A DNA stretch of 41,556 nt from a virus (lineage: Duplodnaviria; Heunggongvirae; Uroviricota; Caudoviricetes). The translations under genes were made by a program, and so were the position numbers. The notes beneath the pieces were generated by a model. The model was not told the origin of the DNA, did not search any database, and worked only from the letters and a program-made list of their open reading frames with translations. Positions 17,180 to 27,117 of the stretch are shown piece by piece. The stretch is taken from the IMG/VR virus record IMGVR_UViG_2802429245_000005. One strand, written 5' to 3'. Position 1 is the stretch's first letter. Each line of letters opens with the position of its first letter.

Positions 17180-17724
17180 CAGTAACCTCCTATTTTGAAT
17201 CGGGAGTCAGAATTCATAAAACCTGAGTTAGATAACATTGGCGTCCCACCACTAGATGTACTTCCTTTAGAGAACGGACTCCACGTCCCACCAAACATCT
17301 GGTACGCACCGTATGCCTTCAGAGGCGCAGTGAGCAATGTTGTTGCTGCTCCCACATTCCCCTGTTTACGGGCTGAACTGGCTTCTGCTTTATAGTTGGC
17401 AGCCTGAACCTGATAACCGTAAGCCTCGCGTTGCGCGTTATTCACCGTCGTCAGCGAATCAAGAGCGCCAAACTGAGCAGTGTCACCAAATATATCCAGC
17501 GCGTTACCGGTAGATAAATCAGCGCCGGTAGCCCCCATTGTCGCCGCCTGTGTACCAAGCCGCTGTCGGGTCTCTCTGCGCCGTTGCTCAGCTTCAGCGT
17601 TACCCCTGTTTATTGCATCATTTGCCTGAGCTGTGGCTATATCTGCGTTCGCTTCTGCAACCTTCGAGGCATACTTTCCCTGTTGGTACTGGGTGTATGC
17701 CTGAATGCCACTCATGGCGAGCAT
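17179..17724 (-). CDS. Virion structural protein (Gly/Ala/Thr-rich)
   Basis: 181 aa. RBS GGTGG before ATG. Stop overlaps the start of the downstream gene. Confidence 0.55.
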   Translation of the reverse strand: MLAMSGIQAYTQYQQGKYASKVAEANADIATAQANDAINRGNAEAEQRRRETRQRLGTQAATMGATGADLSTGNALDIFGDTAQFGALDSLTTVNNAQREAYGYQVQAANYKAEASSARKQGNVGAATTLLTAPLKAYGAYQMFGGTWSPFSKGSTSSGGTPMLSNSGFMNSDSRFKIGGY

Positions 17725-17753
17725 TGCGCCACCAGCAATAACCGGATCGCAGA

Positions 17754-18218
17754 TTATTTTCTCTCCATGTGAAATCTGTGGAAATTAAGACCAAGAGCAC
17801 CATAAGGCGCGGCTTCTTCAAGCCTGAATCCAAGCCAGTGCAGCCATGCTTTGGCAACATGGTTTCGCTCGTCGACGTAGTTTTCCAGGCGCGGATAAAC
17901 TGCCAGCATCTGCTGCAATACAGGGCGGCAGTGGCGAAGAAATGTCTTCTGATATTTTTCAATACGGCTGGTTCCGACCAGCCAGGGCGTACCATTGCCA
18001 CCGATCATTGACGCCGGAGATACACCAAACATGGTTACCAGTTCTCCGTTCGCGAACCCTGACCAGGCCATAGTCGCAGTGCGCAGACCAACGCGCAGCG
18101 CATCTTCGGTAGTCATCAGCGATACCGCATACAGTTCGTCAATATCAGCCTGACGAACATCCGGCAAAATCATCTGAAGATGCTCTTCGGTAGCGGGAAT
18201 AATTTGAACGTCGATCAT
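17754..18218 (-). CDS. Phage structural/assembly protein of unknown function
   Basis: 154 aa. RBS GGGGGA before ATG at 18216-18218. Stop-start overlap with the 823-aa gene. Confidence 0.55.
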   Translation of the reverse strand: MIDVQIIPATEEHLQMILPDVRQADIDELYAVSLMTTEDALRVGLRTATMAWSGFANGELVTMFGVSPASMIGGNGTPWLVGTSRIEKYQKTFLRHCRPVLQQMLAVYPRLENYVDERNHVAKAWLHWLGFRLEEAAPYGALGLNFHRFHMERK

Positions 18219-20689
18219 CAGAATCCCCCAACAGTAAGGCGAGGAATAACGGCAAGAACAGACAGCGGCAACGGGTCAAGCTGACGGATTTTTACACGTC
18301 CGTTTTTGCCCCAGTTACTGTCCAGTTTCACTTCTACTTTTCCGGTAGCATCATCAACAGGATCATCGTAGAACTCGAATTCACGCTGTGGATATTCGTA
18401 CCATTTACCGCCAGGCGTAGTCGCCCAGATGCCGCGGCTGGCATTCACAACCAGAGTAACGGAGGGGATCACCTGTTTTTTGTCCAGCAGCGTTTCCTGT
18501 CCGTTAATGTTGATATCCAGTGTTTCGAATTCAGCAGTTATTGGCAGACCGATGTGCACTACAGCCCCCGGAGATTCCAGCGTGACGGCACCTCCGGAAA
18601 CAACTTTCTGTGGCTCAACATTCGCATCAGAAAGAATGTTTACGGTCTGTCCTTCAAGATGAGACAGGCCTCCAAATGTCCGGCGCGCCATCTGCCAGTT
18701 CGTGGTGGCCGCATTCCTGAGGGATGGCGGGAGGTTCCTGTTGGCACGAACCACTACAGCGGTATTGCTGGTTACAGAAATAATGTCGCAACGTAATTCT
18801 TTTGACACTTCATCGCCAGTATCAGGATCAGTTCCAGCATAAGGGAACTGTAGTTGCGCACCGACATCACTACTGGTGAAGTACGCACCACCAGAAACAC
18901 TGATTGTATATTCCGCGCGGTAATCCCATTCACCAGAACCACCAGTGATGGTCATCGTTCTGTCAGACGTATTTCTTCCATCATAGCTAAGGCCAGAATC
19001 AACAAAGAAAGCGTCTTCATCGCTGGTAAATAAACGGCTGGACAGTCTCTCGATGTATCTCACTGCTTGCCCGTTAACGGTTCGGTTAACGACGAAATAC
19101 ACCGCATCTTCATTGCCTTCGCTGATACTGCATGTGCTTTCATATTTTCCGGTACTGGACTGTGGTGCCCATGCAAAAACCTGCTGATCACGCAAATAGG
19201 TCATCACCAGTAATTTACCGTCATCACGAATGCAGAAGGCGCTGGAGTAAGGGACAATCGAGAAGCACCAGTCAACAATGCTGTGCTTCTGAAAAAGATG
19301 ATTGGCAAGGATGGTCAGGTCGTTCCCCTGATAGCCGTCAACATCGAATGAGTAGGCCAGATCACGGACAACGCTGCCTTTCTCCTGGACGAACAAAGCA
19401 ATATTCGCCACGGCAATTGGCGGGACGTTGCTTGAGCCATTTGATCCCTGAGAGCTGAATGCAAATGATGATGGGGTTAACACTTTGTTCTGGTCGCCGG
19501 TGATGACGTACTCACCTCCGGAAGTCAGCGCCACCAGCGAACCAACATCAATCAGGTGACGGATCTCATTAACCTGACGCCCGGCATAGGTGTAGATAAT
19601 TCTGTCGTCATCCTGCGTAGGATTGCTTTTGCCAAAATCCTTATAATCCCCAGTACGGCTGGCCCAGATAGTCTGAGGGAACGCAGTCGATGCGGCGAAG
19701 TAAAGACGTTGTTGATAATAAACAACAGTGCCAGGATAACCATTAACACTGTTCCAGGCATATTTAGCCCATTTATAGCTGGCATTATCCTCGCCAACGA
19801 CCTGCGAAGGGATATAGGAAATCACCTCAGCAGTTGCAGTAGTGCCATTTACAGCAGTTATACGGGCAATGCCAAAACCACTGTGCAGATACTCCCACTC
19901 AATGCCAGTATCATCATCACCGGATCCGCCCCAGCCATCCCATGATGTGCCTTCTGTATGCGAAGGGCGCAAAGTGCCTGTTTTGCCTGCTGTAACGGCG
20001 CGATAGTAGTTACTGTCTGCACGGCGAATATCACCAATCGACGTACTCTTACTGGTTTCCCATACCGGCACTGAATCCACTGCAGGCTGTTCCAGATAGA
20101 ACAATTTGCCTACCTGCTCCGCGCCAAAAATAGAGGCGCTTGCCGTTAACGTAATTGTCCCGGTGCTGGCGCTGGCATAAACCGTCACTGACTCGTCAAT
20201 ATTGATATCTTCAAATGGCCCGTTCTTCGTTACCACATCAACCAGTTGCCAGTTGTCATGAGCATAGCGGCGCAACTCTTTCGGCGGGTATGCCGGATGA
20301 ACCAGCGTAAGCACGTCGGCGCTTTGCGTGAATTTAATTCGGAACAGATCGGCTTCAGTATATGGCGTGGCAATTTCATAAATAACATTGCTGCTGTTCA
20401 GCACCAACGCACCATCTTTGATAACGCGCATGTACTGGTGTCCGAACTCCAGAGCATAGGTCTGAACAGTCGAGAACTGGAACGGGATCAGGCGGCATTT
20501 CCGATTTGGGTATTTGGCGGCACCGACAAAACGCGTACCCGGTCGATTCTCAACGCCGCCATACTGCCGCACGATAAAGTTATCGCACTTGCGCAAAGCC
20601 ACCTGGTACTTCGCCATGTCGATACGACCGTACAACGACGGTCCAATCTCACCACCGGCAAAGCTGGGCTGGATCCAACTGATAGCCAT
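18218..20689 (-). CDS. Large tail/virion structural protein
   Basis: 823 aa in the late operon between head and internal-virion genes. RBS GAGG before ATG at 20687-20689. Confidence 0.7.
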   Translation of the reverse strand: MAISWIQPSFAGGEIGPSLYGRIDMAKYQVALRKCDNFIVRQYGGVENRPGTRFVGAAKYPNRKCRLIPFQFSTVQTYALEFGHQYMRVIKDGALVLNSSNVIYEIATPYTEADLFRIKFTQSADVLTLVHPAYPPKELRRYAHDNWQLVDVVTKNGPFEDINIDESVTVYASASTGTITLTASASIFGAEQVGKLFYLEQPAVDSVPVWETSKSTSIGDIRRADSNYYRAVTAGKTGTLRPSHTEGTSWDGWGGSGDDDTGIEWEYLHSGFGIARITAVNGTTATAEVISYIPSQVVGEDNASYKWAKYAWNSVNGYPGTVVYYQQRLYFAASTAFPQTIWASRTGDYKDFGKSNPTQDDDRIIYTYAGRQVNEIRHLIDVGSLVALTSGGEYVITGDQNKVLTPSSFAFSSQGSNGSSNVPPIAVANIALFVQEKGSVVRDLAYSFDVDGYQGNDLTILANHLFQKHSIVDWCFSIVPYSSAFCIRDDGKLLVMTYLRDQQVFAWAPQSSTGKYESTCSISEGNEDAVYFVVNRTVNGQAVRYIERLSSRLFTSDEDAFFVDSGLSYDGRNTSDRTMTITGGSGEWDYRAEYTISVSGGAYFTSSDVGAQLQFPYAGTDPDTGDEVSKELRCDIISVTSNTAVVVRANRNLPPSLRNAATTNWQMARRTFGGLSHLEGQTVNILSDANVEPQKVVSGGAVTLESPGAVVHIGLPITAEFETLDININGQETLLDKKQVIPSVTLVVNASRGIWATTPGGKWYEYPQREFEFYDDPVDDATGKVEVKLDSNWGKNGRVKIRQLDPLPLSVLAVIPRLTVGGF

Positions 20690-21294
20690 CAGGACAACCT
20701 CGCAATAGTAAACTCGTCAACCGGTGGCTGTGGTTCCTGTGATTCATTCTGGCTATGCGAGCCAGCACTAAGAATCACGCGATTGTACATATTGAGGGCA
20801 AACGTACCGAGGTCTGCATTCCCAGTCAGCGCCATGTTAATAGCTGCCGCAAGACGCCAGGCCAACGCCTCCATAAAAATGGCATCAAACATGTTCACAT
20901 CTGAAACGCGAGAGACATACTTGAGCCATGCCTGAGGCTGGTCTGTGTAGATCAACTTTCCTGTTCCGTTGGTGTCTGCACCAACTTCGTACTGAACGCG
21001 CATTGCTGCTGTTGGATTGCGTACACCAGGAAGCATAATTTCAGTAATGCGCAGACAATCTGACGGGTACTGATACGCATATTCCCAGTCAGGCGGTGGA
21101 TTGCTCGTATCTGCAAGCGCCACGCGTTTGGTAGCAAAGTTCCAGTCAAAATCAGAAAGCACAGCATCACGGCAGGCCTCAAAGTGCAGCGAACATTCCC
21201 CCGCTTCCTTGCTGGCTTCCTTCAGGCTGTTAATGCTGCGGCTATTGCCAATATTGGACAGCGCACGATTGCAGATCTCTACTACAGAGGCCAT
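20689..21294 (-). CDS. Virion protein (possible head-tail adaptor)
   Basis: 201 aa. RBS GGGGGTGAG before ATG at 21292-21294. Overlapping stop/start with neighbours. Confidence 0.6.
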   Translation of the reverse strand: MASVVEICNRALSNIGNSRSINSLKEASKEAGECSLHFEACRDAVLSDFDWNFATKRVALADTSNPPPDWEYAYQYPSDCLRITEIMLPGVRNPTAAMRVQYEVGADTNGTGKLIYTDQPQAWLKYVSRVSDVNMFDAIFMEALAWRLAAAINMALTGNADLGTFALNMYNRVILSAGSHSQNESQEPQPPVDEFTIARLS

Positions 21295-21617
21295 TACTCA
21301 CCCCCATTGCCGTACAGGGTTTCAGCCGCTGATTTTTCTACATCCCCGGAAACAGGAGCGATCGCCATATCAGTGATCTGCAGATCGGCGCTGCGATTAA
21401 CACCATCGTCAGTTTCTCTGGCAGACAGGCCTCGAATAACAGCCTTTGCAGTTATCATCTCTTCTGTTCCGACGCCCTGAGGTTGCGCCTTCAGCTTATT
21501 CAATGTGTCGTTATTCAGCGTGATGCACAGCCCCCACGGGTATTCATCGCGAGTTCTGGTTTCTCCGCTCTCATCCTGGTAGCTGTCAGTGCCGGTTTTG
21601 AGGTTTACGAGTTCCAT
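21294..21617 (-). CDS. Small virion-associated protein
   Basis: AGGAG 5 nt upstream of ATG at 21615-21617. The track ORF begins at GTG 21623. Confidence 0.5.
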   Translation of the reverse strand: MELVNLKTGTDSYQDESGETRTRDEYPWGLCITLNNDTLNKLKAQPQGVGTEEMITAKAVIRGLSARETDDGVNRSADLQITDMAIAPVSGDVEKSAAETLYGNGGE

Positions 21618-21667
21618 ATACACTCCTGCAATAAAGGGGCCGAAGCCCCTTGTCGGATTCGCGAGGC

Positions 21668-22003
21668 TTACACGCCCAGTTCTTTACGCTTATCTGCGAT
21701 CTTCTCGCGGAGCGTTTCGGCTTTGGCGTTATGGTGTGGCTTCTCGTTAAAGAGCAATTCGTACTCTTCACGGAGCTTATCCAGTTCACCATCATCTGAC
21801 ACATCGTTGATGATTTTGGTGCTGGTTGCTGCCATAGACACCTTTCCTGCTACCTTTGCTTTTGCCTGTCTGGCTGCATCGTTAACAGGTTCCAGTGCGC
21901 TACCAGGCTCACCTTCGTATTCGATTTCTGCCCCCTCCGGCCACAGTGTGTTATGGATATGAGAGAGGCGCAGAACGCGGTATCTTGGTTTCTCACCTGA
22001 CAT
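21668..22003 (-). CDS. Small head-associated protein (possible capsid decoration/stabilising protein)
   Basis: AAGGTGA before ATG at 22001-22003 (track start is GTG at 22012). About 111 aa, hydrophilic. Hairpin follows at 21635-21650. Confidence 0.5.
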   Translation of the reverse strand: MSGEKPRYRVLRLSHIHNTLWPEGAEIEYEGEPGSALEPVNDAARQAKAKVAGKVSMAATSTKIINDVSDDGELDKLREEYELLFNEKPHHNAKAETLREKIADKRKELGV

Positions 22004-22013
22004 CGATATCACC

Positions 22014-22451
22014 TTAACCAGTTACTTTTGAGCGGATCGGGTACGGCGTATTGGCATCAACATCAAGACTGATACCCGCAGTGAATTCGCCAGCCGTTAG
22101 TGGGCCAGTTGCGACGGAGTAGTTAACACGCAGATATCGCTGAACACCGGCAGGCACCTTTGCAGAAACAACTCGTTTACCTGCTGTCAGGGTGGTCTTT
22201 GCCAGTGCGCCACTATCATAAATAGTGGTCCATGAGCTGTTATTCTCACTCGTCTGCAACTGGATGTTTACAGTTGCATCACCGCTTGCCGCGGCGGCTG
22301 TGTTAACCAGCGCCCAAAATTCAAGCGGGTAACCCACGCCGATATCACGACGTTTTCCGTCAATTGGACCGAGATCGATTACGTCAGTAGAAGCCGCGGT
22401 ATTCGTAACCGCCTGAGCTTCGGAGAACATCAACAGTTTGTCGGTGATCAT
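22014..22451 (-). CDS. Head-associated protein downstream of major capsid gene
   Basis: RBS GGAGAAAG before ATG at 22449-22451. 145 aa, Thr/Ala/Val-rich, beta-rich-looking sequence. Confidence 0.55.
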   Translation of the reverse strand: MITDKLLMFSEAQAVTNTAASTDVIDLGPIDGKRRDIGVGYPLEFWALVNTAAAASGDATVNIQLQTSENNSSWTTIYDSGALAKTTLTAGKRVVSAKVPAGVQRYLRVNYSVATGPLTAGEFTAGISLDVDANTPYPIRSKVTG

Positions 22452-22466
22452 CTTCTTTCTCCATTA

Positions 22467-22486
22467 GTGGGTCTGTTACGACCCAC
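22467..22486 (-). other. Stem-loop immediately downstream of the major capsid gene
   Basis: Perfect 7-bp stem GTGGGTC / GACCCAC with no U-tract, between the coat stop and the RBS of the next gene. Confidence 0.45.
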
Positions 22487-22502
22487 AGGTTAATAACAGG
22501 CG

Positions 22503-23495
22503 TTACACCACGCGGGCTTCTGTTTCCAGAAGCGCATCAGTTTCACGGATTGGTACACCACGGAATGAAGTCCACCACTCGCCTTCAGTCTCTTTTACGC
22601 TGATAGCCAGAGATGTTTTCTCCAGAGACTGTAGATCAAGAGCCTGGCCTACAGTGCGGTTCATGTAGAACACCGGGCGGCCCATGCCACGGTTTGGAAT
22701 GCGATGCAGTGCTTTAACCATCAACTTCGCAATATTTGCGGCAGAGGAAGGTTCTGAAAGATTGCTGACATCGATGTTTGCAATGCGAACAACATAACGC
22801 CAGTCACGCAGAGCAAGTCCGTTGTCCCATTTGTAATGGGTACGGTAGCCTTCGTACTTGCCGCCATTCGCATCTTCCAGTGTCACCTGGCCTTTATCTT
22901 CCATCTGGATGCCAGCCTTCTGCCCTTTCGGGAAGATGCCATGCACGGTGTTTTCGCCCCACACCACTAACCAGATTGAGGTGTTATCTGTACCCGTGCC
23001 ACCAGCATCAATGATGTTCTGAGCATTACCCGCAGACAGGCTGGAATAGCGGGAGGACAAACCCATAAACTGCTGAGGGTTAACGCTGGAATCACCATAA
23101 AACAACGTCTGCGCCATCTGCTGATTCATCGCTTCAATAAATGCGCGGTCTTCAGACAGGCGGAATTCGGCGGTATTACCGTTCAGATCAGCCAGTGACT
23201 TATCGACTTCAGCATAGGTTTCCAACATGCCAACGGAATCGGTGACCTGCACTGTGGTTGATTTGCTTGGTTGTACGCCATAGTTCAGCAAACGCCAGGT
23301 AGCTGAAGGTAAACCAGAACGAATGGTGGTTCGGTGTCCGGTAGGAAGGTTCCCTTCGACAAAAGGCATATCCTGAAGGATCGGGTTAGTTTGACCGAGA
23401 AGCTCGATAATCTTATCGACTTTCCCGTTTGGATCGACGCGCTTACCCCAGTCAGCCAGCGTTAGCGCAGTTAAGCCTTTAACAGCCATTGTCAT
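22503..23495 (-). CDS. Major capsid protein
   Basis: 330 aa. RBS AGAGAGGA before ATG at 23493-23495. Lies directly after the scaffold gene and is followed by a stem-loop, as expected for a highly expressed coat gene. Confidence 0.8.
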   Translation of the reverse strand: MTMAVKGLTALTLADWGKRVDPNGKVDKIIELLGQTNPILQDMPFVEGNLPTGHRTTIRSGLPSATWRLLNYGVQPSKSTTVQVTDSVGMLETYAEVDKSLADLNGNTAEFRLSEDRAFIEAMNQQMAQTLFYGDSSVNPQQFMGLSSRYSSLSAGNAQNIIDAGGTGTDNTSIWLVVWGENTVHGIFPKGQKAGIQMEDKGQVTLEDANGGKYEGYRTHYKWDNGLALRDWRYVVRIANIDVSNLSEPSSAANIAKLMVKALHRIPNRGMGRPVFYMNRTVGQALDLQSLEKTSLAISVKETEGEWWTSFRGVPIRETDALLETEARVV

Positions 23496-23503
23496 TTCCT
23501 CTC

Positions 23504-24199
23504 TTATTTGCCATAGAGCACTTCGGCCGCACTACGCTGGCCTTCATTACCACCGGTGACCATGCCATCTTCAGACATCGCCTTTCCGATTTTCACGAAC
23601 GTTTTGACCAGATCAGGGTGATTACCCAGCCCGGTGGTGTTCAGATATTCTTTGAGTTCAGGTGTCCCGAACTGGTCAAGCGCACGCTGTGCGGCGCTAA
23701 GGTTAGAAATCAACTTGTCGCCACCGATTTCTTTGTCAGCTTTTACATCCGCAGCCCACTGCTCGGTTGTTTTCTGCCAGGCTTCTGCCTGGCGCTGCTG
23801 AACACCTGCCAGAATCTTCGGATAAGCATCAACCAGCTTTTGCGCTTGCTCGTTGGTCAGGTTAAGTTCTCGCGCCACCGGCTCGAATTCCTTCAACGCT
23901 TCTGTATCCAGCTCTACGCCTTCGGCAGCCTGAAACTCGTACTTCTCAGGCGCACCCTCTGGTTTATCGCCGCCCTTTTTTTCATCCTGCTTATCGTTTT
24001 CAGGCTTTTTGTCATCAGCAGGTTTATCGCCATCAGCAACAGGTTGTGGCTTATCGCCTTCCTGTTGTGATGGATCACCAACTGGAGCAGGGGTATCACC
24101 TGCAGGCGCTGACGGTTCTGACGCAGCCGGAGCTGCTCCACCATCGACTGGTTGCTCATTGCAAAGACGGCGATACAGCAAACGCTCAAATAAATTCAT
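23504..24199 (-). CDS. Scaffolding protein
   Basis: AGGAG 5 nt before ATG at 24197-24199. Acidic, low-complexity Pro/Ala/Asp/Lys-rich N-terminal half and helical C-terminus. Sits between portal and coat genes. Confidence 0.65.
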   Translation of the reverse strand: MNLFERLLYRRLCNEQPVDGGAAPAASEPSAPAGDTPAPVGDPSQQEGDKPQPVADGDKPADDKKPENDKQDEKKGGDKPEGAPEKYEFQAAEGVELDTEALKEFEPVARELNLTNEQAQKLVDAYPKILAGVQQRQAEAWQKTTEQWAADVKADKEIGGDKLISNLSAAQRALDQFGTPELKEYLNTTGLGNHPDLVKTFVKIGKAMSEDGMVTGGNEGQRSAAEVLYGK

Positions 24200-24201
24200 G
24201 A

Positions 24202-24498
24202 TCACTCCTGTTCACTGGCCTCTTTGGCCATCTTCAAATACTGTTCAGGGCAATGCGCCATAACGCGCTGAAACAGTTCCAGCGCCAGATTGCGTTGCCC
24301 CTCATTAAATGCCATTGCCATAGCGTCCATCGGTGAGATAGCGGAAAACACACGGCCTTTCTCCAGCACCGACCAGACAACGCGACGCCCCTGTTCACTG
24401 CTCATGACAAAGCGAATGTCATCAATTTCACGCTGCGCCATGTCACGTTGCTTACGGGCGTTTTCTTCTTTCAGTTGATCGTCTTCGTAATCTGTCAT
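24202..24498 (-). CDS. Small head-morphogenesis-region protein
   Basis: 98 aa. Overlaps the portal stop by 4 nt. Confidence 0.5.
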   Translation of the reverse strand: MTDYEDDQLKEENARKQRDMAQREIDDIRFVMSSEQGRRVVWSVLEKGRVFSAISPMDAMAMAFNEGQRNLALELFQRVMAHCPEQYLKMAKEASEQE

Positions 24499-26174
24499 TG
24501 TGATTGCCCACCCTGACCACTAACTGCATTCGCCATAGCTGACAAAACACTCGGATCCGAAGTTTTAGCTTCGCTTAGCGTCTTGGCACCCTGTGCCGCC
24601 GCCATCCCCATCGCCATCATTTGTTGCTGCTGTTGCTGCTGTGCCCGTTGCTGGCGAGCCTGCTCAACCTGTTCCTGCGGAACAATGACGGTTGGAGACA
24701 CTCCGGACATATCAGCGAATGCATCGATCGCCTGATCAACGTTGAGTTTGTCGAGAGCTTCTGGTTTCGCTTGCGCAAGTTGACCAATGAAGTTGACCGT
24801 AGACGCCAGACTGGACAAGCCGATAGACTTCTGCGCCTGAGCCATGACGGAAATGTATTCGACCTTCAGGGGCATACCTTCCATCGCGTCAGGCGGTGGC
24901 GGCAGCATGTTTTTACGCACCATCATCGAGAAAGCGCGGTCAATGAGAGGATTAAGACATTCGTCGTTCAGACGCTCCAGAACCGGCCCCAACATCAGAA
25001 GTTTTTCTTCTTTCATTTCGATCACCGCTTCAACAGGCATCGAGCGGGTATTGATGTTCTGCAACATCATGAACAGATCGACAAAGTAGGCGCTGTTAAT
25101 GATTTGACGAGTGTCCTGAATGTCTGCCACCAAATCTGCTGTACTGGGGTTAACCAGATAAGCAGGCCTGAAGCCATCCTGACCAGTAATCTGATCGATA
25201 TACGTGATGTCGCCAGGAAGAAGGGAGGCGCGCTGATTCTTGAGGGAAGTCGGAGCAACCATCGGCGGATTGGTGGCTTTATCAATCAACTGCGACTTGC
25301 GCTTCTGGAGAAGCTGCAATGCCTTAACAGGTCCAAGCGCCAGCATACCCGGGCATGATGATCCATAAACATCTTCGCCGTTAACTTCCCAGCGCGGAGC
25401 CATAATTGGAAACTCATCGAATCCGGACTCACGCAACAACTTGTCGTTATCGCCACCAACCTCGTAATAAACCGATTTGAATGGCTTGTTCTTGCTATCC
25501 AGCTTCGATGTATCGCGGTCAATGTTCGGGTAAACCGAATGCATCACTTCAATCCACTTCTCGTAGGTGCCGCTTTCCCACATGCTTTTTACGGATTCGC
25601 TGACGTTATTTAGCCCGAACTCCTGAACAAGCTGACGAACAGTCATAGAGAACTTACGAAAACATGTGTCCACACTGCCACGAGGTGAGTTAGCCAGGTA
25701 GTAACTACCTATCGGGAATGGCATTGTGCGAATTATGTCCTCGTCATCCTCCAGCACCGCCATTGCACCAGTGCTGTATGTGCCGAGGCTTCCGTATAAC
25801 TGCGGAAGAGACTGGTAGAGATTCGACTTATTGAACATATCGTTCATGCGGTTCTGCACCGCCTCAAGCCACAACTTAACAGGGCCATAATCCATCATTT
25901 CAGGATCTGGCGTAGCCAGGCGAAACCACGGACGCGCGGGACTTGTGATGCCTGACATCATGCCGCTGGCGAGAGTGCGCGCCGCCATAGTCCCGGTCGA
26001 ATCAATAATGCGTGTATTGCGTCGATCGTTACGGTTGACCTCAGAAGTCAGAAAGCGGGAACCACGCGGGTTGATGTAATCACTCAACTCGCGCCAGTGC
26101 GGCTCGAACGACTGACGCTCGCTTTCAAGTTGTGCGAACTGTTTGTTCAATCGCTCTTTAGTTGTTTCCGCCAT
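24495..26174 (-). CDS. Portal protein
   Basis: 559 aa. Sits between terminase and scaffold/coat genes. Gln-rich C-terminus. ATG at 26172-26174. Confidence 0.8.
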   Translation of the reverse strand: MAETTKERLNKQFAQLESERQSFEPHWRELSDYINPRGSRFLTSEVNRNDRRNTRIIDSTGTMAARTLASGMMSGITSPARPWFRLATPDPEMMDYGPVKLWLEAVQNRMNDMFNKSNLYQSLPQLYGSLGTYSTGAMAVLEDDEDIIRTMPFPIGSYYLANSPRGSVDTCFRKFSMTVRQLVQEFGLNNVSESVKSMWESGTYEKWIEVMHSVYPNIDRDTSKLDSKNKPFKSVYYEVGGDNDKLLRESGFDEFPIMAPRWEVNGEDVYGSSCPGMLALGPVKALQLLQKRKSQLIDKATNPPMVAPTSLKNQRASLLPGDITYIDQITGQDGFRPAYLVNPSTADLVADIQDTRQIINSAYFVDLFMMLQNINTRSMPVEAVIEMKEEKLLMLGPVLERLNDECLNPLIDRAFSMMVRKNMLPPPPDAMEGMPLKVEYISVMAQAQKSIGLSSLASTVNFIGQLAQAKPEALDKLNVDQAIDAFADMSGVSPTVIVPQEQVEQARQQRAQQQQQQQMMAMGMAAAQGAKTLSEAKTSDPSVLSAMANAVSGQGGQSQ

Positions 26175-26188
26175 TTCAATGACTCCGG

Positions 26189-26395
26189 TTACTGACCAAG
26201 CAGCGTTTTACCGCTGGTATTAGCGGTTGATGTGTCGCCCTGAGAACCGGTAAGCAGCGTAGAACTACGACCAGCAGCAGCGCGACGGCGACGAGTTTCT
26301 TCGTCGCGGGCATCAACAACGGCGGCATCCTGCTCCTGTGGTGCGGCCTGAACTTCTGGTGTTGCAGGCACTGATGGTGAGCTACCCATGCACAT
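26189..26395 (-). CDS. Small hydrophilic protein upstream of portal
   Basis: 68-aa ORF (ATG at 26393-26395) ending 15 nt before the portal start. Frame choice against the overlapping 26176-26415 ORF is uncertain. Confidence 0.3.
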   Translation of the reverse strand: MCMGSSPSVPATPEVQAAPQEQDAAVVDARDEETRRRRAAAGRSSTLLTGSQGDTSTANTSGKTLLGQ

Positions 26396-26485
26396 ATCAA
26401 TGACTCCGTACGCAATTAAATTATTACCAATTTAACCACATATGATTTATTTATCGTAGATAGTTGACATTTAACGCACGAATTA

Positions 26486-26500
26486 TTACCTTTCAGGTAA
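26486..26500. promoter_or_regulatory. Palindromic operator-like site TTACCTTTCAGGTAA
   Basis: Exact motif next to TTGACA (26464-26469), upstream of the tRNA region. Confidence 0.6.
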
Positions 26501-26822
26501 CCAAAGAGTTCATTCCGGTTACTAACCTGACTGGCTTGTCGTTAAATTGAACAGGTGGAGTGAGCTTTTATTTTGAGCAGTACGGCGTATGGCACATGCG
26601 CCGATAGCGGTCTGGATACGTTTAAGGGGCACCCTCCCTTGCTCGGGCAAACGAACCAGGTAGCCGGAATGTGCAAGTCGAGCGGTTTTATTCCGCGCAC
26701 GGGGATTCACCATCCCGGCGATTCGGTGTGACACCTCGGAAGAGACGAGGGTACAACGATGAGGGCATTTATGGAGCCGCGACAAAGTGTGGTGCCTTAA
26801 CAGGCTAAGTGCTCTCAGCGTT

Positions 26823-26899
26823 GTGGCATTAGCTCAGCTGGACAGAGCAACCGCCTTCTAAGCGGTTGGTCGCAGGTTCGAATCCTGCATGCCACGCCA
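26823..26899 (+). tRNA. tRNA-Arg, anticodon UCU (reads AGA), phage-encoded
   Basis: Cloverleaf read directly: acceptor GTGGCAT/ATGCCAC, D-arm GCTC-AGCTGGACA-GAGC, anticodon stem ACCGC/GCGGT with loop CTTCTAA, T-arm GCAGG-TTCGAAT-CCTGC, discriminator G and encoded CCA. Confidence 0.85.
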
Positions 26900-26942
26900 G
26901 AATCACGCCTAAGGACCGTGATGCCAGAAGTTCCATGGGCTT

Positions 26943-26985
26943 GGCGGTGATGGTTTCCCTTGAAGGACTATCACCGCCCTTTTTA
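26943..26985 (+). terminator. Rho-independent terminator downstream of tRNA-Arg
   Basis: 9-bp perfect stem GGCGGTGAT / ATCACCGCC followed by CTTTTT. Confidence 0.6.
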
Positions 26986-27058
26986 CAGCAGGACGCCATT
27001 GCGATGACTTCATGCTGTAAACCAGTACAGCCACGGAAGGCATAACTCATTGCTTCCA

Positions 27059-27087
27059 GTTCGCCCGGTTCGCCGGGCATTTTTTTG
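27059..27087 (+). terminator. Rho-independent terminator (second, downstream of the tRNA)
   Basis: GCCCGG-TTCG-CCGGGC followed by ATTTTTTT. Confidence 0.7.
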
Positions 27088-27102
27088 CCTGGTGACTGAA
27101 CG

Positions 27103-27117
27103 TTACCTTGAAGGTAA
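27103..27117. promoter_or_regulatory. Palindromic operator-like site TTACCTTGAAGGTAA
   Basis: Exact motif 33 nt upstream of ATG 27150, downstream of the tRNA terminators. Confidence 0.6.

Noticed and set aside
20246-20935. 229-aa plus-strand ORF
   Set aside because: Antisense to the 823-aa and 201-aa structural genes; no start context.
24621-25358. 245-aa plus-strand ORF
   Set aside because: Lies entirely antisense within the portal gene, has a Leu/Arg/His-rich low-complexity translation and no RBS; typical antisense artefact in a GC-balanced coding region.
26522-26785. 87-aa minus-strand ORF upstream of the tRNA
   Set aside because: No RBS and an Arg/His-rich odd composition; region treated as noncoding leader or possible ncRNA.
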